DNA from: a virus
IMG/VR virus record: IMGVR_UViG_3300027976_000027
Span: 7,405 to 71,404 of that record
DNA length: 64,000 bases
Strand: one strand, 5' to 3'
Positions within the stretch are counted from its first letter, which is position 1. Every line of letters starts with the position of its first letter. The notes beneath the pieces were generated by a model, which saw nothing but the letters and a program-made list of their open reading frames with translations, did not search any database and was not told the DNA's origin. Below, piece by piece: positions 10,364-19,501 of the stretch. The translations under genes and the position numbers were made by a program.

Positions 10364-10523
10364 ATGGCTCTAGGGCGCGTCCACCCTAGAGTTGTTCCAC
10401 TACGGGCCTAATCACCCTTAAGGAAGACATTACTGTCTCTGACCGACAACCATCTCCTGATAAGATGGCCGCGCCACTCCAATCGCCTAAGCGATACGGC
10501 ATTGTAAAAGTGGCTTTATTAGA
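10364..10523 (-). ncRNA. candidate structured non-coding RNA or 5' leader, family unknown
   Basis: GC-richer intergenic stretch with at least six inverted repeats, downstream of a TGnTATACT promoter-like element. Confidence 0.55.
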
Positions 10524-10529
10524 TCTATT

Positions 10530-10538
10530 AGTATAGCA
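10530..10538 (-). promoter_or_regulatory. extended -10-like promoter TGCTATACT
   Basis: TG-n-TATACT directly upstream of the structured region. Confidence 0.5.
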
Positions 10539-10576
10539 TAATAATCCCCATATAGTGGTGGTGATATTATTGCTAA

Positions 10577-10948
10577 TCATGACACTGCTAGCATAAACAC
10601 CACTGCAAATATCGCTACCATCACTGCAGTTATTCCAAGAGCAATGCTTATGACATCAATGTCAGTTCCCGGGAATCTCCAACCAGATTCAGTAGGAATT
10701 TCTGGCGCTTTTCTTTTTTCTAGAGGCTTTTTCCTATAAAGATTACCAGTTGCCAGCTCTTCTCTAGAGAATTGCACTAGCTCGTCAATAACACTTTGAA
10801 GGAATTCTTCTAATGTTTCACCACCTACATTTGCAGCTTCGCAAATAACATTAAATTCTTCCTTACTTAATTTACACGTGCAGAATTTTTTCTTCGTGTC
10901 TTTATAAACTAACTTTATCTTTATTCTTTCAGCAAATGGATTTTTCAT
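10577..10948 (-). CDS. hypothetical membrane-anchored protein
   Basis: 123 aa with a C-terminal hydrophobic helix (VISIALGITAVMVAIFAVVFMLAV). Confidence 0.7.
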   Translation of the reverse strand: MKNPFAERIKIKLVYKDTKKKFCTCKLSKEEFNVICEAANVGGETLEEFLQSVIDELVQFSREELATGNLYRKKPLEKRKAPEIPTESGWRFPGTDIDVISIALGITAVMVAIFAVVFMLAVS

Positions 10949-10950
10949 TA

Positions 10951-11349
10951 TTAATCTTTCTTAAATTTGGTCCATGTCTTATCGCCTACACCAAAATATT
11001 CATGAGCAAGACCAGCCGTTACGATATCGGTATTTAAACAGGCACCTGTGCCATTGTATACCCTGGCAAGTATCCTACCATATTTTTCGTTCTTGTCTAG
11101 AATAGTTTCTATATTTACTTTCTTATCAGCAGCTATTAACCATTGATTAACAAATTCTTTTGCGGCTAATCCTTGTTTTTTTTCTTCTAGATTTTTGGTA
11201 CGACTTTCTGGAGTATTTACCCCATACAATCTAACGCGACCGTACCTATAGGTATCAAAACCAAGATCAATTAAAATATCGAATGTATCTCCATCAACTA
11301 TTTTTTTAACTTCTGCTTTGTACTGATATGGGTTAAAGTTAACTGCCAT
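10951..11349 (-). CDS. thermonuclease (SNase-like)
   Basis: IVDGDT, VRLYGVNTPE and KYGRILA motifs. Confidence 0.92.
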   Translation of the reverse strand: MAVNFNPYQYKAEVKKIVDGDTFDILIDLGFDTYRYGRVRLYGVNTPESRTKNLEEKKQGLAAKEFVNQWLIAADKKVNIETILDKNEKYGRILARVYNGTGACLNTDIVTAGLAHEYFGVGDKTWTKFKKD

Positions 11350-11350
11350 T

Positions 11351-12154
11351 TTAATCTCTTTCTATTCCTATGTAATCGCATGCTTTGCGAAATATTGATT
11401 GACTTAATTGAAACTGTGCGTCAGCATGACTGTATCCCTCGTTGGGCTTAGGGGAAGAGGCATGCCACGTATGACCAATCGATACCGAACCATCATACAC
11501 AACATTATACCCCAAATGACGAGCGAAATATGAGCACCATGTTTCTTCGTAATAATGAGGAGTGGGCAAAAAAGCCCCTATAGCATTAGGATACATCTCT
11601 CTATATTTAACGTTGTCAGTTAATGCATTCCACACACTTCTTTTAATAAAATATGCTGATCCAGATACGGTTATACATTGTATACTATCTTTATACATGG
11701 TATCTTCTGGATCGGAGTAATTCCATCCTCTATGTCTTGGATCAGTATTCGTCCCAATTATCCCCGCATGCGTTATCAAACCAAATTCATCTCTTTGTTT
11801 TGGACCTAGTATATGTATATCGGAATTATTATTAAATATATTATTTATACTTGTTACGTCTTTATTGTTAAGCCATACATCTGCGTTTAGCAAACCTATT
11901 ATATTGCTACTACCTAGAGCAGCTAGAGTATTACAAGCGTGTGAATACCCTGTATTCGCATTGACGAAAACTTTATCTATCTGATATTTGTAATCGTTAT
12001 CCTTTAGCCACTCAACCGTATCATCAGTAGAACCATTGTCAGCTATATAAAGATTCCAAAATTTAGGGTTACCAACTATGTCTTCGTGAAGACAATCTAA
12101 TAATCTTTGGAGAAGAGGCCTAGTATTGTAATTTACGATGCATAGGTCAATCAT
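11351..12154 (-). CDS. glycosyltransferase family 2
   Basis: IVNYN, DNGSTD, N.GY..ACN, LLNAD, SGS and YYEE motifs. Confidence 0.9.
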   Translation of the reverse strand: MIDLCIVNYNTRPLLQRLLDCLHEDIVGNPKFWNLYIADNGSTDDTVEWLKDNDYKYQIDKVFVNANTGYSHACNTLAALGSSNIIGLLNADVWLNNKDVTSINNIFNNNSDIHILGPKQRDEFGLITHAGIIGTNTDPRHRGWNYSDPEDTMYKDSIQCITVSGSAYFIKRSVWNALTDNVKYREMYPNAIGAFLPTPHYYEETWCSYFARHLGYNVVYDGSVSIGHTWHASSPKPNEGYSHADAQFQLSQSIFRKACDYIGIERD

Positions 12155-12441
12155 GTATTTCTCTTATCTTCGACTACTGCCTTAAAAGCGTCCTGCTTGT
12201 TAAGTCCTAAGTCTAAGTATTCCTCATATCTACTATATGCTTCAATTATTTTATCTGATTCAAAGAATTCTATCAGAGCGTTATTAGGTTTGAAATTATC
12301 CTCTTGATATTTTTCTGCAAATTCGTCGTTAAGTTCGTCATTTATCATACGCTGTGCATAATGCTTTAATCCAAGATAGAATCCAACTCCTAAACAAAGA
12401 TAGAATACTGCGCCCTTACTGCCAATCTTCATAACTTTCAT
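12151..12441 (-). CDS. hypothetical protein with N-terminal hydrophobic segment
   Basis: ORF track. Tightly packed operon. Confidence 0.65.
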   Translation of the reverse strand: MKVMKIGSKGAVFYLCLGVGFYLGLKHYAQRMINDELNDEFAEKYQEDNFKPNNALIEFFESDKIIEAYSRYEEYLDLGLNKQDAFKAVVEDKRNT

Positions 12442-12655
12442 CCTCTTTTGTATAAATATTTTCTATTGCGCTAGTTATCTTATCTAACATTTGCACGTAA
12501 TGCTCTTTATATTTGTCGGTTTTCTTTACATTTATAAAAAGCTCAGTATATACAATATACATATTCGCTAACATTGTTGAATCTGCTACCATATATGAAT
12601 AACCAGATTCTAATTTAATAGTTATTTTTTTTCTTTGGTTTATTTTTTTAGTCAT
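12416..12655 (-). CDS. hypothetical protein
   Basis: ORF track. Overlaps its neighbours in the operon. Confidence 0.65.
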   Translation of the reverse strand: MTKKINQRKKITIKLESGYSYMVADSTMLANMYIVYTELFINVKKTDKYKEHYVQMLDKITSAIENIYTKEDESYEDWQ

Positions 12656-12887
12656 TTCTTTTTTTTCTAATAGTCTTTGTCTCTGTTGCTTCTAATTCAT
12701 CTGGCGATACTGGGTATACACAAAATGAATTTGTATCTGGCTCGAATGTTGCAAAAAGTATTCTTTTATCCTCAATAGTATATCCTTCTGGAGGCAAAGA
12801 ATCTATCGCAGTTTTTTTTGATGCGCAAGAATATACTTGACTATGATTTGGATAGACTAGTATATAATTACACTTTGAAGCCGCCAC
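12648..12887 (-). CDS. hypothetical protein
   Basis: GTG start preceded by a GGGAG RBS. Confidence 0.7.
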   Translation of the reverse strand: MAASKCNYILVYPNHSQVYSCASKKTAIDSLPPEGYTIEDKRILFATFEPDTNSFCVYPVSPDELEATETKTIRKKRND

Positions 12888-12896
12888 TATGCTCCC

Positions 12897-13070
12897 TTAT
12901 TTCAGTAAAGTATACAGTGATAAGAGTAATATTACCTTGATCAATATGGATAGGGTAATGGAAATCTTTTTGACTGCAAGGTTTTCTGTTAGTTGACCTG
13001 TTATCTGCAGGCTAGTAGACCAAGACATTAAAAGTGCCAATAATGTGCATATTCCAACAGTAAAAATCAT
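12897..13070 (-). CDS. small membrane protein (57 aa, two hydrophobic segments)
   Basis: Not in the ORF track. MIFTVGICTLLALLMSW...ILLLSLYTLLK. Its ATG overlaps the thyX stop (ATGA). Confidence 0.65.
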   Translation of the reverse strand: MIFTVGICTLLALLMSWSTSLQITGQLTENLAVKKISITLSILIKVILLLSLYTLLK

Positions 13071-13777
13071 TGGCTGTCTACCAGTCTGCTTATGGATATT
13101 GGGAATTTTTCTTTTGCCAGCTCATAAATTGCTCCCGCATATGCTTGAATCTCTGCTTGAGATTCTTCTGCAAGTCTTTGTTTAAGGAATAGGGATACGG
13201 ATTGCAGGCTACAGGACCATCTATATGAAACGTAAAGGCCATAAGCGGGGAGAAATAATCGAGCCTGCTCTGGGGCTATACCCTCATCAAGTGCCATCTT
13301 ATATAGAGCTTCAGATTTAGACACTAAATCTCTCAGCTCATTAGATAGTATCGAGCCAATCCACGGACCGGCCAAACCAGCAGAACCCTGCTTCTTATCC
13401 TCTGGGGCCAAACGCCACTCTTCTGCTCCTGGAATATAAAATTCTGGTTCTATTGTTATGTAACGCCTAGATGATTCATTCCATGAATCCATAGTATGGT
13501 CTGATCCAACAACATATTTCCAATGTTGACGAGCAACCATTAGCGGAGCATATATCTCAAAGGTCATAAAGGCATGCCTGAATGGTGACATGTGGTTTTC
13601 TCTGGCTAAGAAATCTATAAGTCTTGCATCTCCGGTGGAGAGCTCTAGGGACTCTTTGTGGAAAGATGCTCTAGCTGCATTGACTACGGATAAATCAGTA
13701 CCCATTATGTCTACTAACCTTACATATCCCTTGTCTAAAACTTTCAGCGTATCCTGATCAGTCTCCGTTGTCTTCAT
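13067..13777 (-). CDS. thyX: flavin-dependent thymidylate synthase
   Basis: GYVRLVD, VVNAARAS, HMSPFRH, WNESSRRY, EQARLFLP and AEIQAYA. Start placed at MKTTETD. The track start of 13798 overlaps the upstream gene more. Confidence 0.92.
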   Translation of the reverse strand: MKTTETDQDTLKVLDKGYVRLVDIMGTDLSVVNAARASFHKESLELSTGDARLIDFLARENHMSPFRHAFMTFEIYAPLMVARQHWKYVVGSDHTMDSWNESSRRYITIEPEFYIPGAEEWRLAPEDKKQGSAGLAGPWIGSILSNELRDLVSKSEALYKMALDEGIAPEQARLFLPAYGLYVSYRWSCSLQSVSLFLKQRLAEESQAEIQAYAGAIYELAKEKFPISISRLVDSQ

Positions 13778-14126
13778 CCTCATCACCCTCATCTTCATCT
13801 ATTATAAAAAAATATCCAAGATCATCTTCATCTAAGTTTATCATATAATTATTAAACTCTTTTGCTTTTGAGTAGATACTTTCCAACATTAAAATAATTT
13901 CTTCAGGTATAGAAAATGGTTCATCACTTGGATCTATAAGATTAATAATAATTAAATTTATTTCCTGAACAGCCGTTATCAGTTCGGCCATAAACAAAGA
14001 ATAATCTCTAGCAGAACTTAATGAAATTGCTTTTGCAGCTTCAGACATTACTCCTAAATTTTCTGGAGATGTTATTTCAGAAAATATTTTATCAAAACTT
14101 TCTTCATTAGACATTTTACTTTGCAT
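13758..14126 (-). CDS. acidic hypothetical protein
   Basis: ORF track. D/E-rich C-terminus. Confidence 0.7.
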   Translation of the reverse strand: MQSKMSNEESFDKIFSEITSPENLGVMSEAAKAISLSSARDYSLFMAELITAVQEINLIIINLIDPSDEPFSIPEEIILMLESIYSKAKEFNNYMINLDEDDLGYFFIIDEDEGDEDEDNGD

Positions 14127-16212
14127 TTTCCTTCACGAACTTAACCTCACATGAGTCTGTAGTGCAATAATTTTCACCAATGGCATCAGCCGCCATACCG
14201 GCATATACTCCAGTTAAATCAATCGCGAATAAAGTTTTAGTTGCCTCTATATATTCTTCTTCGCTTATTTGCGTATATGGCATCTGGGGATACGTATCAT
14301 TGCCGCTGGGCAGAAAAGATACCGTCTTAAGCTGACCATCGTACATATGTAAAACCGTTCCAACATGTTGAGACTCTGTTTCGGCGTTAAACGATATGGT
14401 CACAGATACGGAATTGTCAGACCAATACCTTTGTGCTGTGGCCGCAAGTGACATCTTTTCAAAGATTGTTACATCTTTTTCCGCACGACTTGCTTGTGAC
14501 TTAATGGGAAAATAAACAACCGATGTTGTATCAGGCGATTCCGATGCGGGTTCTACCTTATAATTCGCCATTCTGAAAAGTGGTAACATGGGATCATCAT
14601 TGGAGAATCTAATCGTACGATTAAAATATTTCCCACCTGGAGTCCAATGAACACCAGGTGACTCACCAGCAAGTATAGAAACAGTCCCACTTGGTTTAAT
14701 CGTGGTCATCTTAACGGACTCTCTTATACCTAGCCATTCTGAATATATATTATCGTAACGCTGTATAGTTTTGTAGCCTTGATCCATCCACTCCTTTAAT
14801 ATTGGGATTCCTACTCTGTCTGCGAAATTAGCCACACCGGACATAGAAGCCCCAATACGCCTATTTCTTTGCATGATTGCATTAGTCTCTTCCCAGTGGG
14901 TGGGAAGCAACGTGACGGTCTTAGCGTACAGGTAGGCGAATTTAAGAGTGCGTTTATAGTCTTCTAGTGAATCGTGGCGGTTAAGATATGTTTCTACAAG
15001 CGTGCAGCACTCATAGCTTTCAAGACTTTGTTCAGCACAGGGATTAAAGCCTGCCACTCTCCAGTCTTTATTATTAGGAGGGTCAGCAAGTCGGCCATAT
15101 TTACGAGCAAGATCCATCCAGATAACACCTGGTTCACCATTAAGGGCAATACCGTCAATAATCCCAGATAAGTCTGACCCTACAACCGTCTCAACTGAAT
15201 TATTCGACATCCAACCCCAACCTGGTGCCACAGGATCATACGAGTTTCTTTCTGGAAAAATATCTTTATTCTTTAGATCTAAAAAATTGTTATCGTCTAA
15301 ACGACCAATTAAAAGTTCCGCAGAACGACGAACATTACCGGATACTACACAAACTCCGATAAGATTACCTACATCGGCTATATCAATACGTGTAAGCTTC
15401 TCTCCAGCTCTGCCTAAAAACAGTTTATGAATATGTGCATGGAGTTTTATCAACGGTTCTGGACCAGAAGCTGTTCCCCCGAACGTTTTAATTTGAGCGC
15501 CTAATGGTCTGATTTGCGAATAGTCAAATTCGTAAGATGGTTGGTTCTCTTTTAGGTATGAGTTTAATACCATTGCTACAGACTCTACCCAACCTTCACG
15601 AGTGTCCGGTATGGCTATTATAACTTTTTCTTTTGGTTCATAAATAATAAAATCTTTATCCGCACCTTTATCATCAAATCCAACGCCGACACCAAGCATT
15701 GATGCTTCCATCAGAAAGGCAAATGGTTTAGCTGGGTTAAATTTATTCATTTCTAGCGTGGAAACAAAGGCGCAATTTTGAAGTGCAGCTGAATTTTTTT
15801 GGACATTAACTATATCCGTACCCATGACCCAAAGACCGCGACCAGGAGGTGTCCACTTGAGGTTGAATAAACGATCAAATGCTTCTTTCGCGCTTGCTTG
15901 TGCACGCGCGTCGTTCCACGGAAGACGCTGACTCTTACAGTGGTCTTTCTGAATTGAGTACATTCCATTAATGACTCTTTCGCAGACGCCAACCCAAGTC
16001 TCTTTAGTTCCATCCTTTTTAAGCCTAGAATATGTACGGAGAAATGTAATCTCACCAACAGAATTGCCACCAGCATCTTTATATCCAAACACTACCGTCT
16101 TACCTTTGTATGAATTTACGAAATCATCACTTAGTTTAAAGGTAAACATGCCACTATTATTAGTTATTGCCGTAACTAATGAGAGATTATTGTTATCGAT
16201 TTCTTCCAGCAC
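14116..16212 (-). CDS. nrdJ: class II (B12-dependent) ribonucleotide reductase
   Basis: PPGRGLW, NCAF, GNVRRSA, NPCAE, CCTL, KPSGTVS and C-terminal CTTDSC redox pair. No small subunit nearby. Confidence 0.93.
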   Translation of the reverse strand: MLEEIDNNNLSLVTAITNNSGMFTFKLSDDFVNSYKGKTVVFGYKDAGGNSVGEITFLRTYSRLKKDGTKETWVGVCERVINGMYSIQKDHCKSQRLPWNDARAQASAKEAFDRLFNLKWTPPGRGLWVMGTDIVNVQKNSAALQNCAFVSTLEMNKFNPAKPFAFLMEASMLGVGVGFDDKGADKDFIIYEPKEKVIIAIPDTREGWVESVAMVLNSYLKENQPSYEFDYSQIRPLGAQIKTFGGTASGPEPLIKLHAHIHKLFLGRAGEKLTRIDIADVGNLIGVCVVSGNVRRSAELLIGRLDDNNFLDLKNKDIFPERNSYDPVAPGWGWMSNNSVETVVGSDLSGIIDGIALNGEPGVIWMDLARKYGRLADPPNNKDWRVAGFNPCAEQSLESYECCTLVETYLNRHDSLEDYKRTLKFAYLYAKTVTLLPTHWEETNAIMQRNRRIGASMSGVANFADRVGIPILKEWMDQGYKTIQRYDNIYSEWLGIRESVKMTTIKPSGTVSILAGESPGVHWTPGGKYFNRTIRFSNDDPMLPLFRMANYKVEPASESPDTTSVVYFPIKSQASRAEKDVTIFEKMSLAATAQRYWSDNSVSVTISFNAETESQHVGTVLHMYDGQLKTVSFLPSGNDTYPQMPYTQISEEEYIEATKTLFAIDLTGVYAGMAADAIGENYCTTDSCEVKFVKENAK

Positions 16213-16224
16213 TTAGGAATCTCC

Positions 16225-16932
16225 TTATCCTTGATTATTTAAGATTAATGTTTTTACATACTTTGGATTTAATTTTTCTATTTCAGTTTTCTTTATTTTT
16301 TTTATTTGATCAAAAGAATATATATTATATATTTCCCTCTCGAAAAAGTATCCACTGCGCCAATTATGGATTTTTCCTAGTATATGTTTATGGTTTTGAA
16401 ATATATTAGAGATAACTGCCCCTCCATATATCCTAACTAGGTTCTGCATTTTTTTAGATACAACAACTCCGTTACTCCCTATGTCTCCATTTTGTTCCGA
16501 TTGTGCATAAAGCCAGTTAAATGACTGTCTTGTCAAGGGAGAATAATCTATAGGGTCTATTATACCAAGAGATAGTAGTTCGCTATGATTTTTTTGTATC
16601 ATTAAATCTTTTTTAATTACGTCAGACAATAACAAAAACCAATCCCTCTCTTTATATTGAGTCCAAGTTGGGCACCAAAATAATATTAAGTGGACTGGAT
16701 CTGGGATATTTGTTTTTTCAAGGGTAGGCAAAAGTACGGCGCAGGCTATTGCTCTTTTAATATTCTCTCTACTTATCTCAGCGTTTTTATTTTTGTTCTC
16801 TAAATTTAACCACAACTTTGATATATGGGCTGTCCAATTAGCTTCACCTATATATAGGTTCAAGTATTTTTCCGCAACCTCTACTGGCAGAGTCCCCTCC
16901 TCTATAACCTTATTTAGTTGCTCTAAAAACAT
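16225..16932 (-). CDS. hypothetical protein
   Basis: 235-aa ORF with an AGGA RBS. Confidence 0.8.
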   Translation of the reverse strand: MFLEQLNKVIEEGTLPVEVAEKYLNLYIGEANWTAHISKLWLNLENKNKNAEISRENIKRAIACAVLLPTLEKTNIPDPVHLILFWCPTWTQYKERDWFLLLSDVIKKDLMIQKNHSELLSLGIIDPIDYSPLTRQSFNWLYAQSEQNGDIGSNGVVVSKKMQNLVRIYGGAVISNIFQNHKHILGKIHNWRSGYFFEREIYNIYSFDQIKKIKKTEIEKLNPKYVKTLILNNQG

Positions 16933-16977
16933 TATATAATTCCTATCAATCTTGAAAAAGCTATATAGGAATCCCTA

Positions 16978-17015
16978 GAAAAAGTAATCCCGCCTTTTTA
17001 GGGGCGGGATAACTT
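16978..17015 (-). terminator. intrinsic terminator between the virion and replication modules
   Basis: Stem atcccgcc/ggcgggat extended by aagt/actt, followed by TTTTT on the minus strand. Confidence 0.8.
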
Positions 17016-17052
17016 CTGATCTCTCATGGAGAGCGTCGGTTTCCGTTCTGAT

Positions 17053-17061
17053 ATTATACCA
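17053..17061 (-). promoter_or_regulatory. consensus extended -10 promoter TGGTATAAT
   Basis: Perfect TGnTATAAT in intergenic DNA, oriented toward the replication module. Confidence 0.65.
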
Positions 17062-17109
17062 GTTCGGATCGCGCTATGTAATGCTTACCGTAATTTAGTT
17101 GTATATTAT

Positions 17110-17688
17110 TTAGAGCGCCTTTGCTGAAGCTACACCGTTGTATTCCCCCACTTTATTGCGACCATACTCGGAGGTTGTATTTGCTTGACCGTAACCAGAT
17201 GGCATTACAACTGCAGAAGCTACTCCATCAAATATATCATTATTGTAAAGGCTATACGCAGTTGTGCGCTTTGCATGCCCCGCATTAGCAGTTGCATCCG
17301 CAGAAGCTACTCCATCAAATATATAATTACTATAAACGCTATAGTCAGTAACTCTTTTAGCATGGCCGAAACCAACAGTAAATGCCTTTGAAGAATCGAC
17401 CGAACGGTTAAGTCCTGGAGAGAATCTCTGACCTATTCCATTTTGGAATGTTCCAGAGAGTGGGTGGATATATAGTTCTGATCCAGTGAATATTTGTGAC
17501 AAAAACAAATTTCCTGGATAACGTCCTGAACCAGGGACATGATGATTGTCAGGGGCACCATCGAGAACAGAGCTTGTACTATAATTCGGATAATAGGAGT
17601 ATGTCCCCACTACACCTTTTGGTCCAACCATCCCTGCCGTTGTGCGACCTTTTAATACCGGCCTTGGGCCCACGTAAAAAGTTGTCAT
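17110..17688 (-). CDS. Gly/Ser/Tyr-rich putative virion protein with an internal 29-aa repeat
   Basis: Strong AAGGAG RBS. GHAKR.T.YS.Y.N.IFDGVASA occurs twice. Confidence 0.7.
   Translation of the reverse strand: MTTFYVGPRPVLKGRTTAGMVGPKGVVGTYSYYPNYSTSSVLDGAPDNHHVPGSGRYPGNLFLSQIFTGSELYIHPLSGTFQNGIGQRFSPGLNRSVDSSKAFTVGFGHAKRVTDYSVYSNYIFDGVASADATANAGHAKRTTAYSLYNNDIFDGVASAVVMPSGYGQANTTSEYGRNKVGEYNGVASAKAL
17213..17324. repeat. intragenic direct repeat, 87-nt period
   Basis: gcagaagctactccatcaaatatat is identical at 17213-17237 and 17300-17324. Confidence 0.85.
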
Positions 17689-17756
17689 TTATAGTCTCCT
17701 TAAAAAATACTGTGCCTATATAGTAAAATGAGTTAAGGTTTTATCAACTATTAAAA

Positions 17757-19025
17757 TTAAGTATAATTTACTATTAAATCAGAAAGTACAGGCGCAGTAC
17801 CGTCATGAAGCTGGTTTAAGGTCACTTCAATCCAAATGGCGGTAGAGTTACCCGGATTTATAAGGGTGTAGATACCACTACCCTTATAAATTATTCTATA
17901 ACTAAAAGCTGTAGAGATTAATTCCACTGGGATATTATAGATTTTAGGGATTACTTCTTCTACGTTAAAGATCAAGGTATCATTAGGGGCTTCAAACTTA
18001 AATATCGTTCTTCCGGTATCTAAGAATTTTTGAGACTTAACCTCTAGGTCAGAAAGGCCATATGTATAAACGGTTTTACCGTTTTCGGAGAAGTAGCTTC
18101 TTTGCCTCATATTTATTCTGATAGCAGTTATATTAATTGGAGAAAAATAAAAACCTATTGGCCCGCAATTCAGAATTGCATCTGATCCCACCGTCGACCA
18201 AGCACCGGGCGCTACTCTGCCAATAGCTTCAGTCTCATTGTTATATAATCTACTAGAGTTTAAGGGAATCCAATTATCAGCACTACTTAATGTTGGCTTT
18301 TGACTACTCGTATATTCTATCGAGAGAATATCCACACTAAAAAGTGGGTATGGAACTAAGGATATAAAGTTACAGCTATCGGATCCAGAGTATATGTTTG
18401 GTATTTTAACATAGAAATACATTTGTGCGCCAGCTGGAGATGGGTTATCGACTATAACATTTCTTTTCCAAAACTTATCAGGTTTGTCCAAAAAGGCATA
18501 CGAGATAGGGGTTGTATCTATTAGGACACCAGGTGTATCAGCGCTAACAAAATTATTCTCAATTTTAGTTTCTAAAAAATCTGGTATAACCTGTTTAGAA
18601 GTTGTGTTAAAAAATTTTAATTTAGAGTAAGATGATCCATCCACCTTTGGCAGAGAAACCGTATTGTATACATGGTCAAAGCTAAGCACCTCGGTGCTAT
18701 TAAATGCGAACTCAGAATTCCCAGAAAAACTACCAATATCTATCTGTGAATAACTATATATAGACAATTGCTTATAGAGCGAATTAGACATATACTCGAT
18801 AGCCTTAACTCTATCTTCCAGATCCGATACAGCCATAGAGATAGACAGATGATCTTTCAGCACTCTCTCAAATGCTTCATTTAGTTTTTGGTCTAGAACC
18901 CCAGATCTATTATATAAGTGGACAAGATCATTATAATTTTGTTCAGCCCTTAGATTATAGTTAGCACTGCTAACCGGTCCGTCATATTGAACTGTTTTAA
19001 TTTCTGTATTTATATAGTCTGGCAT
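17757..19025 (-). CDS. putative virion (tail/baseplate-associated) protein
   Basis: N-terminal coiled coil plus beta-rich body. Member of a local paralog family. Confidence 0.6.
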   Translation of the reverse strand: MPDYINTEIKTVQYDGPVSSANYNLRAEQNYNDLVHLYNRSGVLDQKLNEAFERVLKDHLSISMAVSDLEDRVKAIEYMSNSLYKQLSIYSYSQIDIGSFSGNSEFAFNSTEVLSFDHVYNTVSLPKVDGSSYSKLKFFNTTSKQVIPDFLETKIENNFVSADTPGVLIDTTPISYAFLDKPDKFWKRNVIVDNPSPAGAQMYFYVKIPNIYSGSDSCNFISLVPYPLFSVDILSIEYTSSQKPTLSSADNWIPLNSSRLYNNETEAIGRVAPGAWSTVGSDAILNCGPIGFYFSPINITAIRINMRQRSYFSENGKTVYTYGLSDLEVKSQKFLDTGRTIFKFEAPNDTLIFNVEEVIPKIYNIPVELISTAFSYRIIYKGSGIYTLINPGNSTAIWIEVTLNQLHDGTAPVLSDLIVNYT

Positions 19026-19041
19026 TGTGTGTCCAATTCTC

Positions 19042-19471
19042 TTAGTTTTGTTTTTCTAATTTATTGATCTTGTAGTATAGCATTGATAGTCTGCCCCCAA
19101 TGGAATCCATAGTAGGCAGATTTACTATGTTCTGTTGAGATATCTCGTCATAGAATGAAATTGAATCTTGCTGTAGATCATAATATGCTCCGATAATTCT
19201 GAAGATCGGTATATTCTTTAAATTTACCATATCCACCAGTGATATGGGTATCCTCAGATCCTTTCGCAAAAAATATCTGAACCTTATTAACAATGGCCGT
19301 ATTGAGTATTTCTAATGCTAGATATACCCTATTGATGTCGATAGACATTTGCTGGGCATAGAGATTTTCGGTTATGCTTTTTCTAGGTGATCTATATAGG
19401 GCTCTGACCTTTTTTAGAAGTGGTTCTTTTAAGATTTTTCCTGCGGAAGGGTTAGTATAGGTTATCGGCAT
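19042..19471 (-). CDS. putative virion protein (142 aa) requiring one +1 shift at CGG 19190-19192
   Basis: Joins track ORFs 19178..19471 and 19042..19293 at TAT-C-GGA-GCA. AGGAG RBS at the start. Confidence 0.7.
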
Positions 19472-19501
19472 CTGTTTCTCCTGTGGGATAGATAGTAAAC
19501 T

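Noticed and set aside
10395-10470. Resemblance to a SAM-I riboswitch (CTTATCAGGAG..AGGG..GGCCC) or a tRNA
   Set aside because: Spacing is wrong, the GCAACC and closing GATAAG elements are missing, and there is no T-loop or cloverleaf.
10386-10580. 64-aa ORF
   Set aside because: It overlaps a promoter-like element and dense hairpins, has atypical composition, and contains an in-frame CGG whose +1 frame stops after three codons. Probably non-coding. If it were real, it would be an exception to the CGG rule.
1-16212. Inteins or homing endonucleases in dnaE, helicase or nrdJ
   Set aside because: Protein lengths are normal and no splice-junction or LAGLIDADG motifs were seen.
17213-17324. Direct repeat as a CRISPR array or DGR template/variable pair
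   Set aside because: Only two in-frame copies inside a coding gene. No cas or reverse transcriptase gene is present in the window.
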